DNA of 64,000 bases from an uncultured Acidobacteriaceae bacterium (GCA_963757385.1 CAVWRO010000006.1:498173-562172); one strand, 5' to 3'; counted from the stretch's first letter, positions 19,635 through 29,511 are shown. Notes: generated by a model from the letters alone, not told the origin. A program made the numbers and translations.

Positions 19635-19811
19635 TCATTTTGCTAACTGCAATGCCGGACGAAGTACCATCTGCACGACCTTGCTATTGGCCTCGCGTTT
19701 GGTCTCCATCATGGAATTGCCGTAGACGTTCATGGTGGTCGCAACTTGAGCGTGCCTCATCAGTTTCTGCTGCGCGTCGATTGAAGTGCCCACCGAATCC
19801 AGCCACTGACT
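19635..19811 (-). pseudogene. C-terminal fragment of a tyrosine recombinase (phage-type integrase). The N-terminal approximately 85 percent is missing.
   Basis: The minus-strand frame reads SQWLDSVGTSIDAQQKLMRHAQVATTMNVYGNSMMETKREANSKVVQMVL-stop. LMRH...TTMNVYG corresponds to the LLGHxxxxTTxxYxH box carrying the catalytic Tyr. An in-frame TGA lies immediately upstream, and the RDD gene stop is 15 nt away. Confidence 0.65.
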
Positions 19812-19825
19812 TCAAGCCTCAATTT

Positions 19826-20626
19826 TCACCTCTGAATCGCGACGGACGTTGCGAATAGTATGCCAGACGCGTTAATCAAATATTGTTCATCGCTAAGCTT
19901 TTCCAGCAATTCGTCGGGAAACGGAGAGACTTCGCTCTGCAAATAAGTCGCCAGTTCGCGATAAATTTCTCGCCGCGCGTACGCCGCTAGTTCATTGCGG
20001 CGGCGTAGTGCATCCTGAACCAGGGTTGCGAGTTCCGGCGTGGCGGCTCGGCGAAGCTTCATCGCGGTTGCAGGATAGTCCATGAAGGAGTTGTACTTTT
20101 GCCGCATCCAGAATTCTTCCAGGGGGGCATCCAGTGGTGTCTGGCGTACCACGAGTGTTCCCGCCACGCGGTCGCCGAAGCGCTGCATCAAGGGAGTGAT
20201 CAGTACCGAGAGTCCTCCGGCCAGATACGCAAATGGCAGCGCATCAAAAACGCGCATCAGATTCCGCACCCACGCCTGTTCGATCCGTAGCGGAAAGCCA
20301 TTCTGATCAATCACCCGCAAATGGAAAAGGCGTTTTCCAATCGTCTGCCCGTTCCAGAAGGCCTCCAACAATGCACTATATGCGAAGCCGATCGCAAACT
20401 CCGCGAGTGTAATCACCATGAATCCAAAACCTGGGGCTTTGGAGAAAATCCAGTAGACTAGCAGCCCGACTCCGTTAACCGCGCCCAACACGATAACGCT
20501 ATCGAGCAGCATTGCGTAGAGCCGGGAAGCGGGTCCGGCCAACGGCAAGCGGAATAACACGCCTTCCGGCGTCGCAATGGTGAGTTCAGCCGCCATCGAG
20601 GCGCGGGTTAACTGAGTATCGGTCAT
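19826..20626 (-). CDS. RDD-family membrane protein (last gene of the operon).
   Basis: I place the start at MTDTQLTR, where ATGA overlaps the upstream stop. The listed 337 aa ORF has an Arg/Gly-rich extension that overlaps the upstream gene. RDD-type features are YAMLLDSVIV, GQTIGKRLFHLRVID and GDRVAGTLVV. Confidence 0.8.
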   Translation of the reverse strand: MTDTQLTRASMAAELTIATPEGVLFRLPLAGPASRLYAMLLDSVIVLGAVNGVGLLVYWIFSKAPGFGFMVITLAEFAIGFAYSALLEAFWNGQTIGKRLFHLRVIDQNGFPLRIEQAWVRNLMRVFDALPFAYLAGGLSVLITPLMQRFGDRVAGTLVVRQTPLDAPLEEFWMRQKYNSFMDYPATAMKLRRAATPELATLVQDALRRRNELAAYARREIYRELATYLQSEVSPFPDELLEKLSDEQYLINASGILFATSVAIQR

Positions 20627-21654
20627 CTTTGCTCCCAAGGGACGCTGATGGGCGTTTCCGTGCCGATTTCTCTCCGTCCGGCCATGAGTAGATAGGTCGT
20701 CAGCAGCACGAGTTCCGCCGCGGCGACCGCAACTTTGAACCCATATGGCAGAACGGGCGCGTGATGCTGAGAAAAAAATGCTTCCATAACTCCAGCCCAC
20801 ACCAGCATCATTGCCAGCCCGGCGACCAGGACCAGCCAATCCCGCATTGATTCTCGAACGTTGCGGTCCTCCCGCCGGCGCAAAAGCAGGCGGGCTAAGT
20901 AAAACCCCGCCTGTCCGGCGATTAAGATTGAGGGAATCTCAAAGACGCCGTGTGGCAGCAGCCAAGCTGTCATGAACAGCCCGAAGCCCTGCTGCGTGTA
21001 ATGAACGGCTACGGCCCCGAGCAATACGCCGTTTTCAAATAGGAGGAGGGCGGTTCCGATGCCAAATGTTACGCCGAGCGCAGCTGCGAGTAACGCTACC
21101 TCGATGTTGTGCCTGATCAGTTGTGCCGAGAATGCCGCTTCGGTCTGTGAGGAGGCCATGTGCCGCGACTGTCCTTGCTCTTCTTCATGCACGCGCTGGC
21201 CCGGATTGCGTAAATAATCGGCTGGAAGCAACACATCCACAGAGGCGGGATCGTAATGCACCGCCAGTCCGCCCAAGGCGCAGCCTAACAACGTGATTAG
21301 GACAGCCAGCGCGAAATAGCGCGCCTGCCGCCGGAACGTTTCGGGGAACACCGTGAAGATCCTCAGCCAGCCGCGCGGCTGCCAGATTTCAGAGCGCACT
21401 GGCGGGGCGTAATATAGTTCGGCATAGGCTCGCGCTACGAGCCGCTCGAGATACTGTCGTAGCTCGTGCGCCAATGAACCGTGGGTGACGCGATTCAAAT
21501 CCGCGGCCGTTCGGGCGTAAAGATCTTGCAGTTGTTCGGCCTCGGCTGGATTCAGCCGGCGGTCAGGCCGGCTTTCTAATCCAGCAAGCAGCGATTCGAG
21601 GTCGCGCCAGCGTGGCCGTGCTTGCGCCTGAAATCGTTCGAGATCAAGGATCAC
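20623..21654 (-). CDS. Stage II sporulation protein M-like (DUF95) integral membrane protein.
   Basis: An N-terminal soluble helical segment (RWRDLESLLAGLESRPDRRLNPAEAEQLQDLYARTAADL) is followed by about 5 TM helices. PHGVFEIPSILIAG matches the conserved SpoIIM/DUF95 motif. Confidence 0.75.
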   Translation of the reverse strand: MILDLERFQAQARPRWRDLESLLAGLESRPDRRLNPAEAEQLQDLYARTAADLNRVTHGSLAHELRQYLERLVARAYAELYYAPPVRSEIWQPRGWLRIFTVFPETFRRQARYFALAVLITLLGCALGGLAVHYDPASVDVLLPADYLRNPGQRVHEEEQGQSRHMASSQTEAAFSAQLIRHNIEVALLAAALGVTFGIGTALLLFENGVLLGAVAVHYTQQGFGLFMTAWLLPHGVFEIPSILIAGQAGFYLARLLLRRREDRNVRESMRDWLVLVAGLAMMLVWAGVMEAFFSQHHAPVLPYGFKVAVAAAELVLLTTYLLMAGRREIGTETPISVPWEQR

Positions 21655-23270
21655 AGACGTTGCTCCCGCTTGTTTTCCAAATATCCTTCTACGGCGGTTC
21701 GGAGGAACTTTTCCGCAGGAATATATCGGAGCTGCACATTTAGTTGCCGGAGTTGCCGCGCCAACGCGCCGAGCCGCTGGTTTTCTCGATCACCGGCAAG
21801 CGCCGCGTAAACATCCTGGTCGGTACTCAAAACCTCCTTTGCGGAGAATGCTGGCCGCACATGGGGCGGCAAGATACTCGTCATCAAAACCGCATGTAAG
21901 GAGCGGACCAGGCCAACCCCGCGACGTAACGAGTCCGAAATCGAGCGCTCGGTCAGATTCGCCAGCAATATAAGATACGCACGCCGCCGCAGCCGGACTC
22001 GAATGTCGCTGAACAATGCTTCGTAATCTGCATTGGTTGGCAGAGGCTCCAGATTCAGAAGAGAATCGCGAAATCGGTGGAACTGAGATTGGCCGCTTCC
22101 GGCGCGTAACCAAGACTTCGCTCCATCCGCGTAAGTGACCAATCCAAAATCATCGCCCAGTTCCAGCGCGACGGTCGCGCCCACCAATGCCGTTTCCACG
22201 GCGAGATCCAGCATCCGTCGCGGTGCGCGCGCTGGTAGAGGGTCGCTTTCGGAACCCGTCGGCGGATGCAGGGCAAGCGCGGATGCCCGTGATTGATCCA
22301 CGACAAAATACACTTCCTGCTTTTGCTCCCATTGGGAGAGCCGTGTGACCGGGGCGCCCCGACGTGCCGTGGATTTCCAGGCGATCTCGGAGTAGTTATC
22401 GCCGGGCTGATATTCCCGCAAGCGCTCGAACTCGCGCCCCTGGCCGGCCCACGGCGTCTGCTGAGAGGCAACAAGCATGCGGTAAACCGGGCTGCGCAAA
22501 AGCTCCTGACGCCCAAGCCGCAAATTCGCATCGATCCGCAAAGATTCCGGCAGGTCAAACCATCGTCGCAAACGCCAGATTCGGAAGCGCGACTGCCGCT
22601 CGATGCCAACCCGGGGTCCTTCATACAGGCCACGCCGAAGTAAAAAGATTTCGGCCGTCCACGGCCAGAGTTGAATAGGTCCGACACTGGCGGAGGTTGA
22701 TCCTCCTTCGAGCGACTCCGGCTGCTCGAGTTTCAGCCTCTGAGAGTCGCTTTTTACCCGGAATGCGATTTCGCTATCTTGTGTCGAATGCATTAGCGCT
22801 ACCCGGATGTTATTGCGCAACCAGCGCCGCCCCGAGCCGGCGAGCGCGAATGGAATCTGCATAGTCTGACCCTCACACCCTCGTAGGCCTTTTCCCGGCG
22901 GCAGCAGCACCGGGACACATTCTCCGCGAGCGAACCACAAACTGATCGCGTCATAACACGCCAGCAACACGACCGGGATGGCGATGAGCGCGAACCATAA
23001 CCATCCGCGAGCGAACCAAGGCACGATACACGCCCACACCGCGAGCACTCCTATGATCCACACAAGCGACTCCTGCGGAGTGAAGAGCGATCCCGCTGGC
23101 CGAAGCGCGATTTGCTGCGAAGTCTTGCCACCCAAAAGCGGGTTGCTAGATGCTGGTTCGGCAGTAACAGTGACCCCGGCATTGACAACCACGTCCTGCA
23201 CGCCGCCACCCGCGAAGCTTTCCCTTAGCGCCGTCATAATTTGCCTTGCTTCGATATTGCCGCCCGACAT
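21651..23270 (-). CDS. DUF58 (VWA-like) protein with an N-terminal membrane anchor.
   Basis: YQPGDNYSEIAWKSTARRGAPVTRLSQWEQKQEVYFVVDQS is the DUF58 signature (YxxGDxxxxIdWKatAR). There are two N-terminal TM helices. It sits directly downstream of moxR, as in MoxR-DUF58 pairs. Confidence 0.8.
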   Translation of the reverse strand: MSGGNIEARQIMTALRESFAGGGVQDVVVNAGVTVTAEPASSNPLLGGKTSQQIALRPAGSLFTPQESLVWIIGVLAVWACIVPWFARGWLWFALIAIPVVLLACYDAISLWFARGECVPVLLPPGKGLRGCEGQTMQIPFALAGSGRRWLRNNIRVALMHSTQDSEIAFRVKSDSQRLKLEQPESLEGGSTSASVGPIQLWPWTAEIFLLRRGLYEGPRVGIERQSRFRIWRLRRWFDLPESLRIDANLRLGRQELLRSPVYRMLVASQQTPWAGQGREFERLREYQPGDNYSEIAWKSTARRGAPVTRLSQWEQKQEVYFVVDQSRASALALHPPTGSESDPLPARAPRRMLDLAVETALVGATVALELGDDFGLVTYADGAKSWLRAGSGQSQFHRFRDSLLNLEPLPTNADYEALFSDIRVRLRRRAYLILLANLTERSISDSLRRGVGLVRSLHAVLMTSILPPHVRPAFSAKEVLSTDQDVYAALAGDRENQRLGALARQLRQLNVQLRYIPAEKFLRTAVEGYLENKREQRL

Positions 23271-23286
23271 GCTCTACCAATACGGT

Positions 23287-24315
23287 CTACCGAGGTACCT
23301 CCACCGCTTCCAGCACCGCGTTGATTACCTCGCGAATCTCGACGCCTTCCATCTCGAAATCCGGCCGCAGCAGCATGCGATGCTCCAGTACAGGGGCCGC
23401 CAGCGTCTTTACGTCCTCGGGCGCCACAAAATCGCGCTCCTCGAGAGCTGCGAGCGCGCGCGACGCCGACAATAATGCGAGCGTTGCTCGCGGCCCCGCG
23501 CCAACCCAGACTGCCGGGTGCTGCCGGGTCTGTCGAGCCAGGCTGACGATGTAGCCGCTGATAGCGTCACTGACGCGCACCTGTGCGGTAACGGCTCGCA
23601 GTTGTTCGAGTTCACCGGGTTGCAAAATCGGCACGCGCAGATCCTCGGCCAACCGACGCTCCGGTGAGTCGCCTCGTGCGACCAGCCTGGCGAGTTCGTT
23701 TTCGTCTTCCGCAGCCGGGTAGTCCATGCGGATCTTGACGAGAAAGCGATCCTTCTGAGCCTCCGGAAGCGGATACGTGCCTTGATGCTCGATTGGATTT
23801 TGCGTTGCAAAGACGACGAAGACCGGGGACAGCGCGCAGGTCTCGCGGTCAATCGTCACCTGGCGCTCCTGCATGGCCTCCAGCAGCGCCGATTGCGTCT
23901 TTGCTGGTGCGCGGTTGATTTCGTCCGCCAGTAGGAAATTTGTGAAAATGGGCCCTCGCACGAGCCGGAATTCCTGTGTCCTCAAGTCGAAAACGCTTGT
24001 CCCCGTAACGTCTGCCGGCATCAGGTCGGGCGTGAATTGAATGCGCTGAAAGTCACCTGCGACCGCGCGCGCCAGCGCTTTCACCAGCAATGTTTTCCCC
24101 ACGCCTGGCACACCTTCAATGAGCGCGTGTCCACCGGCAAGTAGCGTCACCAGCGCGAGATCGATCGCTTCGCTTTGGCCGACGATCACGCGGCTCAAGG
24201 CTTCACGAACACGCCGCGCTCCACTGGTAATCATCGCCAAGTACTCTGACGATGGTATTGCCGCTCTCCCAGACTCTGCCTGCGAGTCCGAACCGGGTAC
24301 TAGCTTCTCGTTCAT
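23287..24315 (-). CDS. moxR: MoxR-family AAA+ ATPase.
   Basis: I place the start at MNEKLV (ATG 24315), with GGAGG 9 nt upstream. Walker A is GVPGVGKT and Walker B is FLLADEINRAPAKTQSALLEAMQE. ATQNP and the C-terminal lid are typical of AAA_3. Confidence 0.92.
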   Translation of the reverse strand: MNEKLVPGSDSQAESGRAAIPSSEYLAMITSGARRVREALSRVIVGQSEAIDLALVTLLAGGHALIEGVPGVGKTLLVKALARAVAGDFQRIQFTPDLMPADVTGTSVFDLRTQEFRLVRGPIFTNFLLADEINRAPAKTQSALLEAMQERQVTIDRETCALSPVFVVFATQNPIEHQGTYPLPEAQKDRFLVKIRMDYPAAEDENELARLVARGDSPERRLAEDLRVPILQPGELEQLRAVTAQVRVSDAISGYIVSLARQTRQHPAVWVGAGPRATLALLSASRALAALEERDFVAPEDVKTLAAPVLEHRMLLRPDFEMEGVEIREVINAVLEAVEVPR

Positions 24316-24347
24316 GCGATTTGTGCCTCCAAAGAAATCATTGTTGG

Positions 24348-25580
24348 CTAAAGGCGCAACTTGTCGGACACATCGCGGTCGAGATGAGCCAGTCCCTTCG
24401 CGGATGAGCGTCGTTCGGCTATCAACTGACTTAGTTCCCTGTATCCTTCTACAGGTCGCTGCGCGAGCGCGGTGCGAAGCCGCGCACCCCAGAGTGGGTC
24501 TGTAGAAATGGCCTGCGCATCCTGCGGCCAGCAGTGACGGAACTGTTCCCAGCACTCTGGCACAACGCGTTCTTTCGAGATGCTCCGTTGAAGTAGGAGT
24601 CGCGCGGCCACCCCGGCGACTTCGCCACGACGTACGATCCCCGCACTGGGGTTGTGCGCCGGGAGTCGCACTAGATCGCCACTCATACTCCAAAGCAACA
24701 TCAGCAGAGTCGCCCAGAACAGCAATAGAGCAGTTTGCAGCCGGTATCGCTCCACTAGCCAAAGCACACCTTGATCCTGATGCAACCCGTGCAGCGTTTC
24801 ATCGACCCAGATTACCGGTCGTCCGTCCGCAAGAAAATCTAACAGCACCGGGTTGGGATGCGTCTTGATCGCCTCGTTCAGTAAGAAAGATTCCTGACTC
24901 GCGGCAATGAGTTCGCCATCCCCGGCACGCCGCATTGCCATATAGACACGTGGCGATGTGTCAGCGTTGGCACCGTCTCCCACTCCTCTGCTGTACAGAG
25001 CGGTCCACTGTGGATCTGTCTCCAGCCACGGGGCGGCGGAGGCAAGGAACATCGGTTCGCTCTCTGGGGACATCGCACGGGGATCGGGCGAGATCCAAGG
25101 TGGAGTATCCTGGTGGGCTTTTTTCTCCGGCTCCCATTTATTCGCTACTTCCCAGCCTTGAGACTCGGATTTTAGATCCAAACTAGGCGCGACCAGCACA
25201 ACGCGTCCGCCGCGCGCTAGAAAATCTTCCAGCCGCTTACGAAACTTTGTTCCGGTCTGAATTTTTCCATTGTTGGTTGTCCAATCGTTAGGAGAGTAAC
25301 CCCCGATAAAGAACGCGGTGGTTCTCGACGCGTCCTGATCAGAAAGCGAGTTCTCATCCTGGCCGCGCTTTACTTGCTGCCCTGCGCGCCCATAGGAATC
25401 GAACAACAGGCTGGTGCCGTAAGGGTCCTCGCGTAAACTGGATCCCATGTCGCTCGTTTTCGACTCATTCTGGTGTGCCATCATCAGGAGAATTGCGAAC
25501 ACCGCCGCAAAAATGCCAGCTGCGAGCAGCGGACCTCGCCAGTTGAGCACGATGCTCTTGGCCGGCTTATTGTCAGACAT
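24348..25580 (-). CDS. Membrane-anchored DUF4350-like protein.
   Basis: One N-terminal TM helix and one near residue 290. The assignment rests on its position between DUF4129-like and MoxR genes, which I recall as a conserved neighbourhood. No HMM was run. Confidence 0.55.
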   Translation of the reverse strand: MSDNKPAKSIVLNWRGPLLAAGIFAAVFAILLMMAHQNESKTSDMGSSLREDPYGTSLLFDSYGRAGQQVKRGQDENSLSDQDASRTTAFFIGGYSPNDWTTNNGKIQTGTKFRKRLEDFLARGGRVVLVAPSLDLKSESQGWEVANKWEPEKKAHQDTPPWISPDPRAMSPESEPMFLASAAPWLETDPQWTALYSRGVGDGANADTSPRVYMAMRRAGDGELIAASQESFLLNEAIKTHPNPVLLDFLADGRPVIWVDETLHGLHQDQGVLWLVERYRLQTALLLFWATLLMLLWSMSGDLVRLPAHNPSAGIVRRGEVAGVAARLLLQRSISKERVVPECWEQFRHCWPQDAQAISTDPLWGARLRTALAQRPVEGYRELSQLIAERRSSAKGLAHLDRDVSDKLRL

Positions 25581-27330
25581 GGTTGAGTAACTCCCGTTGA
25601 TCTTGGCGGTACGCAGCCACTGCCTCTGCCGTCAGGATATCGGACCCGTACCAAACGCGATCAAACTGCCGCAGGCTGCGACGCAGTTTCTCTGGAATTT
25701 CTGCCCGCGACTCAATGGCAGCCTGGGGACGCCTCCGCCATCGCCCCGTAAACTGATCGAGATATTCGCGATTCGTGCGATCGCGGCGAAGCATCAGCCA
25801 TTCGCGACGGGCCAATCCTGCAAGCAAAGCGAAATACGCGGCGCGCAGGGCGAGCCGCAGTTCTCCCGCCTCTTCCATCCGTGCTGCCAAGGCAAACCAT
25901 TCGTCCTCGGAACGCACGTTTGCCATGGCACCTTCGCTCAGATCGGGCAGCGGCGCAATTGTCTGCGGGATGGAAAGCGACGCTGTCTCTCTTTTTCGCC
26001 GCAACCAAAGGAGTATCCCTCCAACTGTAAGAGTTAAAATCGCGATTAGCGACAGCCATATTCGAAGGTGTTTCAACTGCCAGGAGCGGCCGTTCCCATC
26101 TCCGAGATTCAACCCGCGGGGCCACAGTTTGCGGAGAAAATCCCAAAACGCATTCCAAACACGCTCTATCCCGCGCTCGATCTTTGTCAGCAGCTTGTCA
26201 AACCAGTTGGGCGGACTCAGCTGTTCGGCGTCGTGCCAGCGGTAAATGGCGCGCCGCGACTCGATGTCCAAAGCTTGGCGCAATTGTTGAATCCGCACCT
26301 GACGCGCCGAATCGGTGAAAGTCCCTACTGCGTTTGGTGCTGGCGGCATCTGCTCTGCGCGCGCGGCCTGGGAAACGCTAGTGAGAATAATTGCAGCCAG
26401 GACTACCAACGCTCCGGTCAGCCTGCTAGGAGCACTGGTCGATGCAATCATCTGAGCCTTCTTCTGTTGCTCGCGTGGCAGGCTCGCCAGCAGCCCGCGC
26501 AAGTCGTCGCCTTCGCGCCTCGATCGCAAATGCTGATAAACAATGACGAAGGAACACTTGACGATGGGATCAAGGGCCAACCATGCGCCCGCGAACAACG
26601 AAAGCCAGAATGCGGAACTTTGGATCAGAGCGTACATTCCCATTTGTGTAGACAGGAGAGTGTTCAGCCCAAAAATGGAGTGTAGAAGCTGCGGAAGAAT
26701 CATCGCTAGGATCAGGCCATTCAGCCACACGGCGATCCAGAAAGGAAAGAGCATCAAGAATAGGAGCACGCTGCCGCCAAACCATTGGCTCGCGATTGCT
26801 AAGCAACCGCCTATGGAGCGTCTTTCAGCGCCTTCCTCTCGCGCTTCAAGACTTGCAAACTGGCATGCACAATAAAACCACGACGCACCCGCAAAGGTTG
26901 GCAGCGCGGCTAACACACCAGCACTCAGGGTGATCTTCCATGCGAGCAGACGCCCCACAGCCGCAGCACGTGCGGTTGTTCCTGCCGGTTCCGATGAGGG
27001 CGTGCCAAACGCTCGCTCGCGGACGCGTTGCATGTAACTGGAGACCATGCTCAGGCGCAGCAGATAGCATGCCGCGAGTAATGCGGCCTCCAGCAGCACA
27101 ATGCCGTTGGATAGCCGTATCTGGCCATTTACTACCCACAGCGGAATAAAACAAAGGACGAGAGGCGCGCTACCTGCGTAATAACGCCACGCCTCTTGCA
27201 CAAACGTTGACCGGAACAGTGCGAATCCGCGTTCCAGCGCTTCGAGCGAGTTCAACCGGTTCCGGTGACGGCGCACGGGTAGCATGCGTGCGCGCAGCGA
27301 AGGGGCGGGAGCCAGTGCGGCTTCACTCAT
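25573..27330 (-). CDS. Polytopic membrane protein with a C-terminal DUF4129-like domain.
   Basis: About 6 N-terminal TM helices, one TM near residue 440, then a cytoplasmic tail (REWLMLRRDRTNREYLDQF...WYGSDILTAEAV) that resembles DUF4129. Confidence 0.6.
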   Translation of the reverse strand: MSEAALAPAPSLRARMLPVRRHRNRLNSLEALERGFALFRSTFVQEAWRYYAGSAPLVLCFIPLWVVNGQIRLSNGIVLLEAALLAACYLLRLSMVSSYMQRVRERAFGTPSSEPAGTTARAAAVGRLLAWKITLSAGVLAALPTFAGASWFYCACQFASLEAREEGAERRSIGGCLAIASQWFGGSVLLFLMLFPFWIAVWLNGLILAMILPQLLHSIFGLNTLLSTQMGMYALIQSSAFWLSLFAGAWLALDPIVKCSFVIVYQHLRSRREGDDLRGLLASLPREQQKKAQMIASTSAPSRLTGALVVLAAIILTSVSQAARAEQMPPAPNAVGTFTDSARQVRIQQLRQALDIESRRAIYRWHDAEQLSPPNWFDKLLTKIERGIERVWNAFWDFLRKLWPRGLNLGDGNGRSWQLKHLRIWLSLIAILTLTVGGILLWLRRKRETASLSIPQTIAPLPDLSEGAMANVRSEDEWFALAARMEEAGELRLALRAAYFALLAGLARREWLMLRRDRTNREYLDQFTGRWRRRPQAAIESRAEIPEKLRRSLRQFDRVWYGSDILTAEAVAAYRQDQRELLNHV

Positions 27331-27694
27331 TGTTTGGCTCGGGGTTTTGCTCGGGCAGCCGGGCAGTGACCCGGCCGAGATTCAAATGGTCCTCTGGCGT
27401 CTCTACTCGCCAGCGCAGCAACGTGAAGAAAAGTGCCATGAGCGAGACGAGGGCGGTAAGTCCAGCAAGAACCTGCCGTAAGCGGTGCCCCATGGACAGC
27501 TTTGGTGCGGGCGGACTCGCCATCCGGCGCAAACACGGCGGGCAGGCGAGCTTGCCCTCTTCGTCCGTTACGCATTCACGACAGAATGTTCCTCCGCAAT
27601 GTGGACACCGCGCTGCCGCTTCCCGTAGCGGATGAAACAGGCAGCGAGCATCGCGCAAACTTCTCGTGGGAGAGACTGGCCGGTCAGAAGCCAT
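27323..27694 (-). CDS. B-box-type zinc-finger protein with a C-terminal TM helix.
   Basis: CLFHPLREAAARCPHCGGTFCRECVTDEEGKLACPPCL (C-x2-H-x7-C-x2-C-x4-C-x2-C ... C-x2-C), then the TM helix VLAGLTALVSLMALFFTLL. Confidence 0.55.
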   Translation of the reverse strand: MASDRPVSPTRSLRDARCLFHPLREAAARCPHCGGTFCRECVTDEEGKLACPPCLRRMASPPAPKLSMGHRLRQVLAGLTALVSLMALFFTLLRWRVETPEDHLNLGRVTARLPEQNPEPNNE

Positions 27695-28214
27695 TTATTT
27701 GTGAGGCATCCGCCATAGAAGAGACCGCAGACATTGCTTCGGATTTCGTTGCGACGGAAGCCTCAGCCGGTTGCAGGACCACGTCGCGCGAGGCGCGAAC
27801 CGCCGCGTCAATTGCTTCAAGAACCTTGCCGGCGCGACGTGTCCGCTTCACCAACGGCAGGTCAACGATCACACCGGTGGCGCGCACCCGCGAATCGGCC
27901 GTCGGCCCGAGTGCCAGCTCCAGCGCCACCCATGCGAGAGCGATGCCAGTGAAGATCGCGCCGGCGGTAGAGTTCGCCCATCTCCACAGGGAAGCGCCCA
28001 GAACTGCGAGCAAAACCGCGGGGATAACCAGGCGGTACCGCCACAAACGGCTGGGCCAGACCACAATGTATTCCAAGTCGCGCAAATAAAATCGTCGGTA
28101 CTCGACCGCGTACATCATGCGCTTCGCGGCAAGCAAACAGTCCGGACTGAGATACCACTTCGTCCCACCGGTGATGCTACTAACCCGCGATATTTTGTGG
28201 AAAGCACTTTTCAA
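27684..28214 (-). CDS. Hypothetical membrane protein (two TM helices).
   Basis: The open frame is tightly packed with its neighbours (11 nt overlap downstream, directly abutting upstream). TM helices LVIPAVLLAVLGASLW and AIFTGIALAWVALELAL. No known motif. Confidence 0.5.
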   Translation of the reverse strand: MKSAFHKISRVSSITGGTKWYLSPDCLLAAKRMMYAVEYRRFYLRDLEYIVVWPSRLWRYRLVIPAVLLAVLGASLWRWANSTAGAIFTGIALAWVALELALGPTADSRVRATGVIVDLPLVKRTRRAGKVLEAIDAAVRASRDVVLQPAEASVATKSEAMSAVSSMADASQINGF

Positions 28215-28868
28215 TCAATGCCTCCCCGCCGCCCAACGTGTGATGAACGGGATGGCGATCAATAACGGGAGCCAAATGAACCCCGCATAGGCCATCCAAA
28301 AACGCCACCCAGACCGCGGAATCAAATAGGAACGCGGAGCCTTCCTATATTTCACGTGCAAAAAAATCACGCCCGGGAGGGCGACTACAATCACCGGCCA
28401 CACGAGAATCCAACCCCATCCGACGGTCAACGCAATGGAATCATAGAGTACATCGCGATACCGCCATTCCGCCTTACCAGCCTTCACACCCGAATCGGCA
28501 CGCCCGCGCTCGAAGCATGTAGGGCAAACGTGTTCCGCTCCCAACTGCAAGTCACAGAGCGCGCACACGAATCGTCCGCACCGTTGGCAGCAAGCCTGAA
28601 ACGCCTTGTCTGGATGGAAGAAGCAGGTCGCCTGTTCTGAAAGCGCCGGCACCGCACTGCTATTCTGGCGAACAATCGGCCATACGTGGAGCTGTAGCCG
28701 TTTCTGGCAGTGGGGACAACTTTGCCATTGCGAATCAGCCGGTATGTCCACAAAACAGTGAGGACAGGATACGGACCTAAGTCCAATAGGGAATGACATC
28801 GGGTCATCGTTTGCCGAAGAGCCCGTCGAGCCTACCCCGGCAGCGAATGGATTGATACTAAGGTTCAC
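28215..28868 (-). CDS. Zinc-ribbon plus B-box zinc-finger membrane protein.
   Basis: CPHCFVDIPADSQWQSCPHCQ (zinc ribbon), then CFFHPDKAFQACCQRCGRFVCALCDLQLGAEHVCPTCF (B-box-like), then three TM helices. Confidence 0.6.
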   Translation of the reverse strand: MNLSINPFAAGVGSTGSSANDDPMSFPIGLRSVSCPHCFVDIPADSQWQSCPHCQKRLQLHVWPIVRQNSSAVPALSEQATCFFHPDKAFQACCQRCGRFVCALCDLQLGAEHVCPTCFERGRADSGVKAGKAEWRYRDVLYDSIALTVGWGWILVWPVIVVALPGVIFLHVKYRKAPRSYLIPRSGWRFWMAYAGFIWLPLLIAIPFITRWAAGRH

Positions 28869-29470
28869 CCCAAGCTCCGTTTGTAGATCACCCGCGTGTC
28901 ACAAACCCGATCGTGCAATGCCCGCTTCTCGTCATCAAACCCAACCATGATGTACCCGATAGCCAGAATGATGCCGCTGATGAGATACATGAAATAACGG
29001 CCGACAGAGACGCCCCATCCAAGCGACTCTCCATCGCTTCGAACCACCTTGAGCCCTAATGCCATTTTCCCCAGCGTCGCTCCCTGATAACGCAGCAACA
29101 CCGCCTCGTAAGCAATAGCAATCACAAAGGAAAGGACATAAAAATTCAGGCGAACGCCCATATGAGCGGATCGCATCACGCTGGGCATGAATTGCGCTCC
29201 GAACATGCCAAAAAACAGCCAGGCAATGAGAGCTTTGGCGACGCCAAGAGTAATTCCATCAATCAACCGTGCGACGACGCGAATCCAAAATCCAGCGTAA
29301 TGCCATTTAGAAGTTACGGCAGCGCCGCCCGCCATCACTCGGCTTAGATATGCGGACTTGCAATCCGCGCATACCCAGTTCCCTGCGATATGCACCAGGT
29401 CAGACTGACCAAGTGCCCGGCCGCATTGGGAACATGCTAAGACCGTCTGGACTGAAGCTTCCTGGCTCAT
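28865..29470 (-). CDS. RDD-family membrane protein with an N-terminal zinc ribbon (paralog 1).
   Basis: CSQCGRALGQSDLVHIAGNWVCADCK. RDD-type features are FWIRVVARLIDG, GATLGKMALGLKVV and DDEKRALHDRVCDTRVI. Confidence 0.8.
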   Translation of the reverse strand: MSQEASVQTVLACSQCGRALGQSDLVHIAGNWVCADCKSAYLSRVMAGGAAVTSKWHYAGFWIRVVARLIDGITLGVAKALIAWLFFGMFGAQFMPSVMRSAHMGVRLNFYVLSFVIAIAYEAVLLRYQGATLGKMALGLKVVRSDGESLGWGVSVGRYFMYLISGIILAIGYIMVGFDDEKRALHDRVCDTRVIYKRSLG

Positions 29471-29511
29471 TGGATATTCCCTGTTGCACTGAAAGGATTG
29501 ATACTAAGGCC

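Noticed and set aside
22055-22687. Several 60-210 aa ORFs in alternative frames within the DUF58, DUF4129-like and other operon genes.
   Set aside because: All are nested in longer, motif-bearing frames and show the Arg/Pro/Gly bias of off-frame GC-rich DNA.
24316-24762. Long N-terminal extensions of the listed ORFs for MoxR (491 aa), the last RDD gene (337 aa, to 20839), GlnD (to 57209) and the 302 aa ORF starting at 38559.
   Set aside because: Each extension overlaps the upstream gene or encodes Arg/Gly-rich sequence unlike real protein. Each internal start has an RBS or ATGA-type coupling and restores the length typical of its family.
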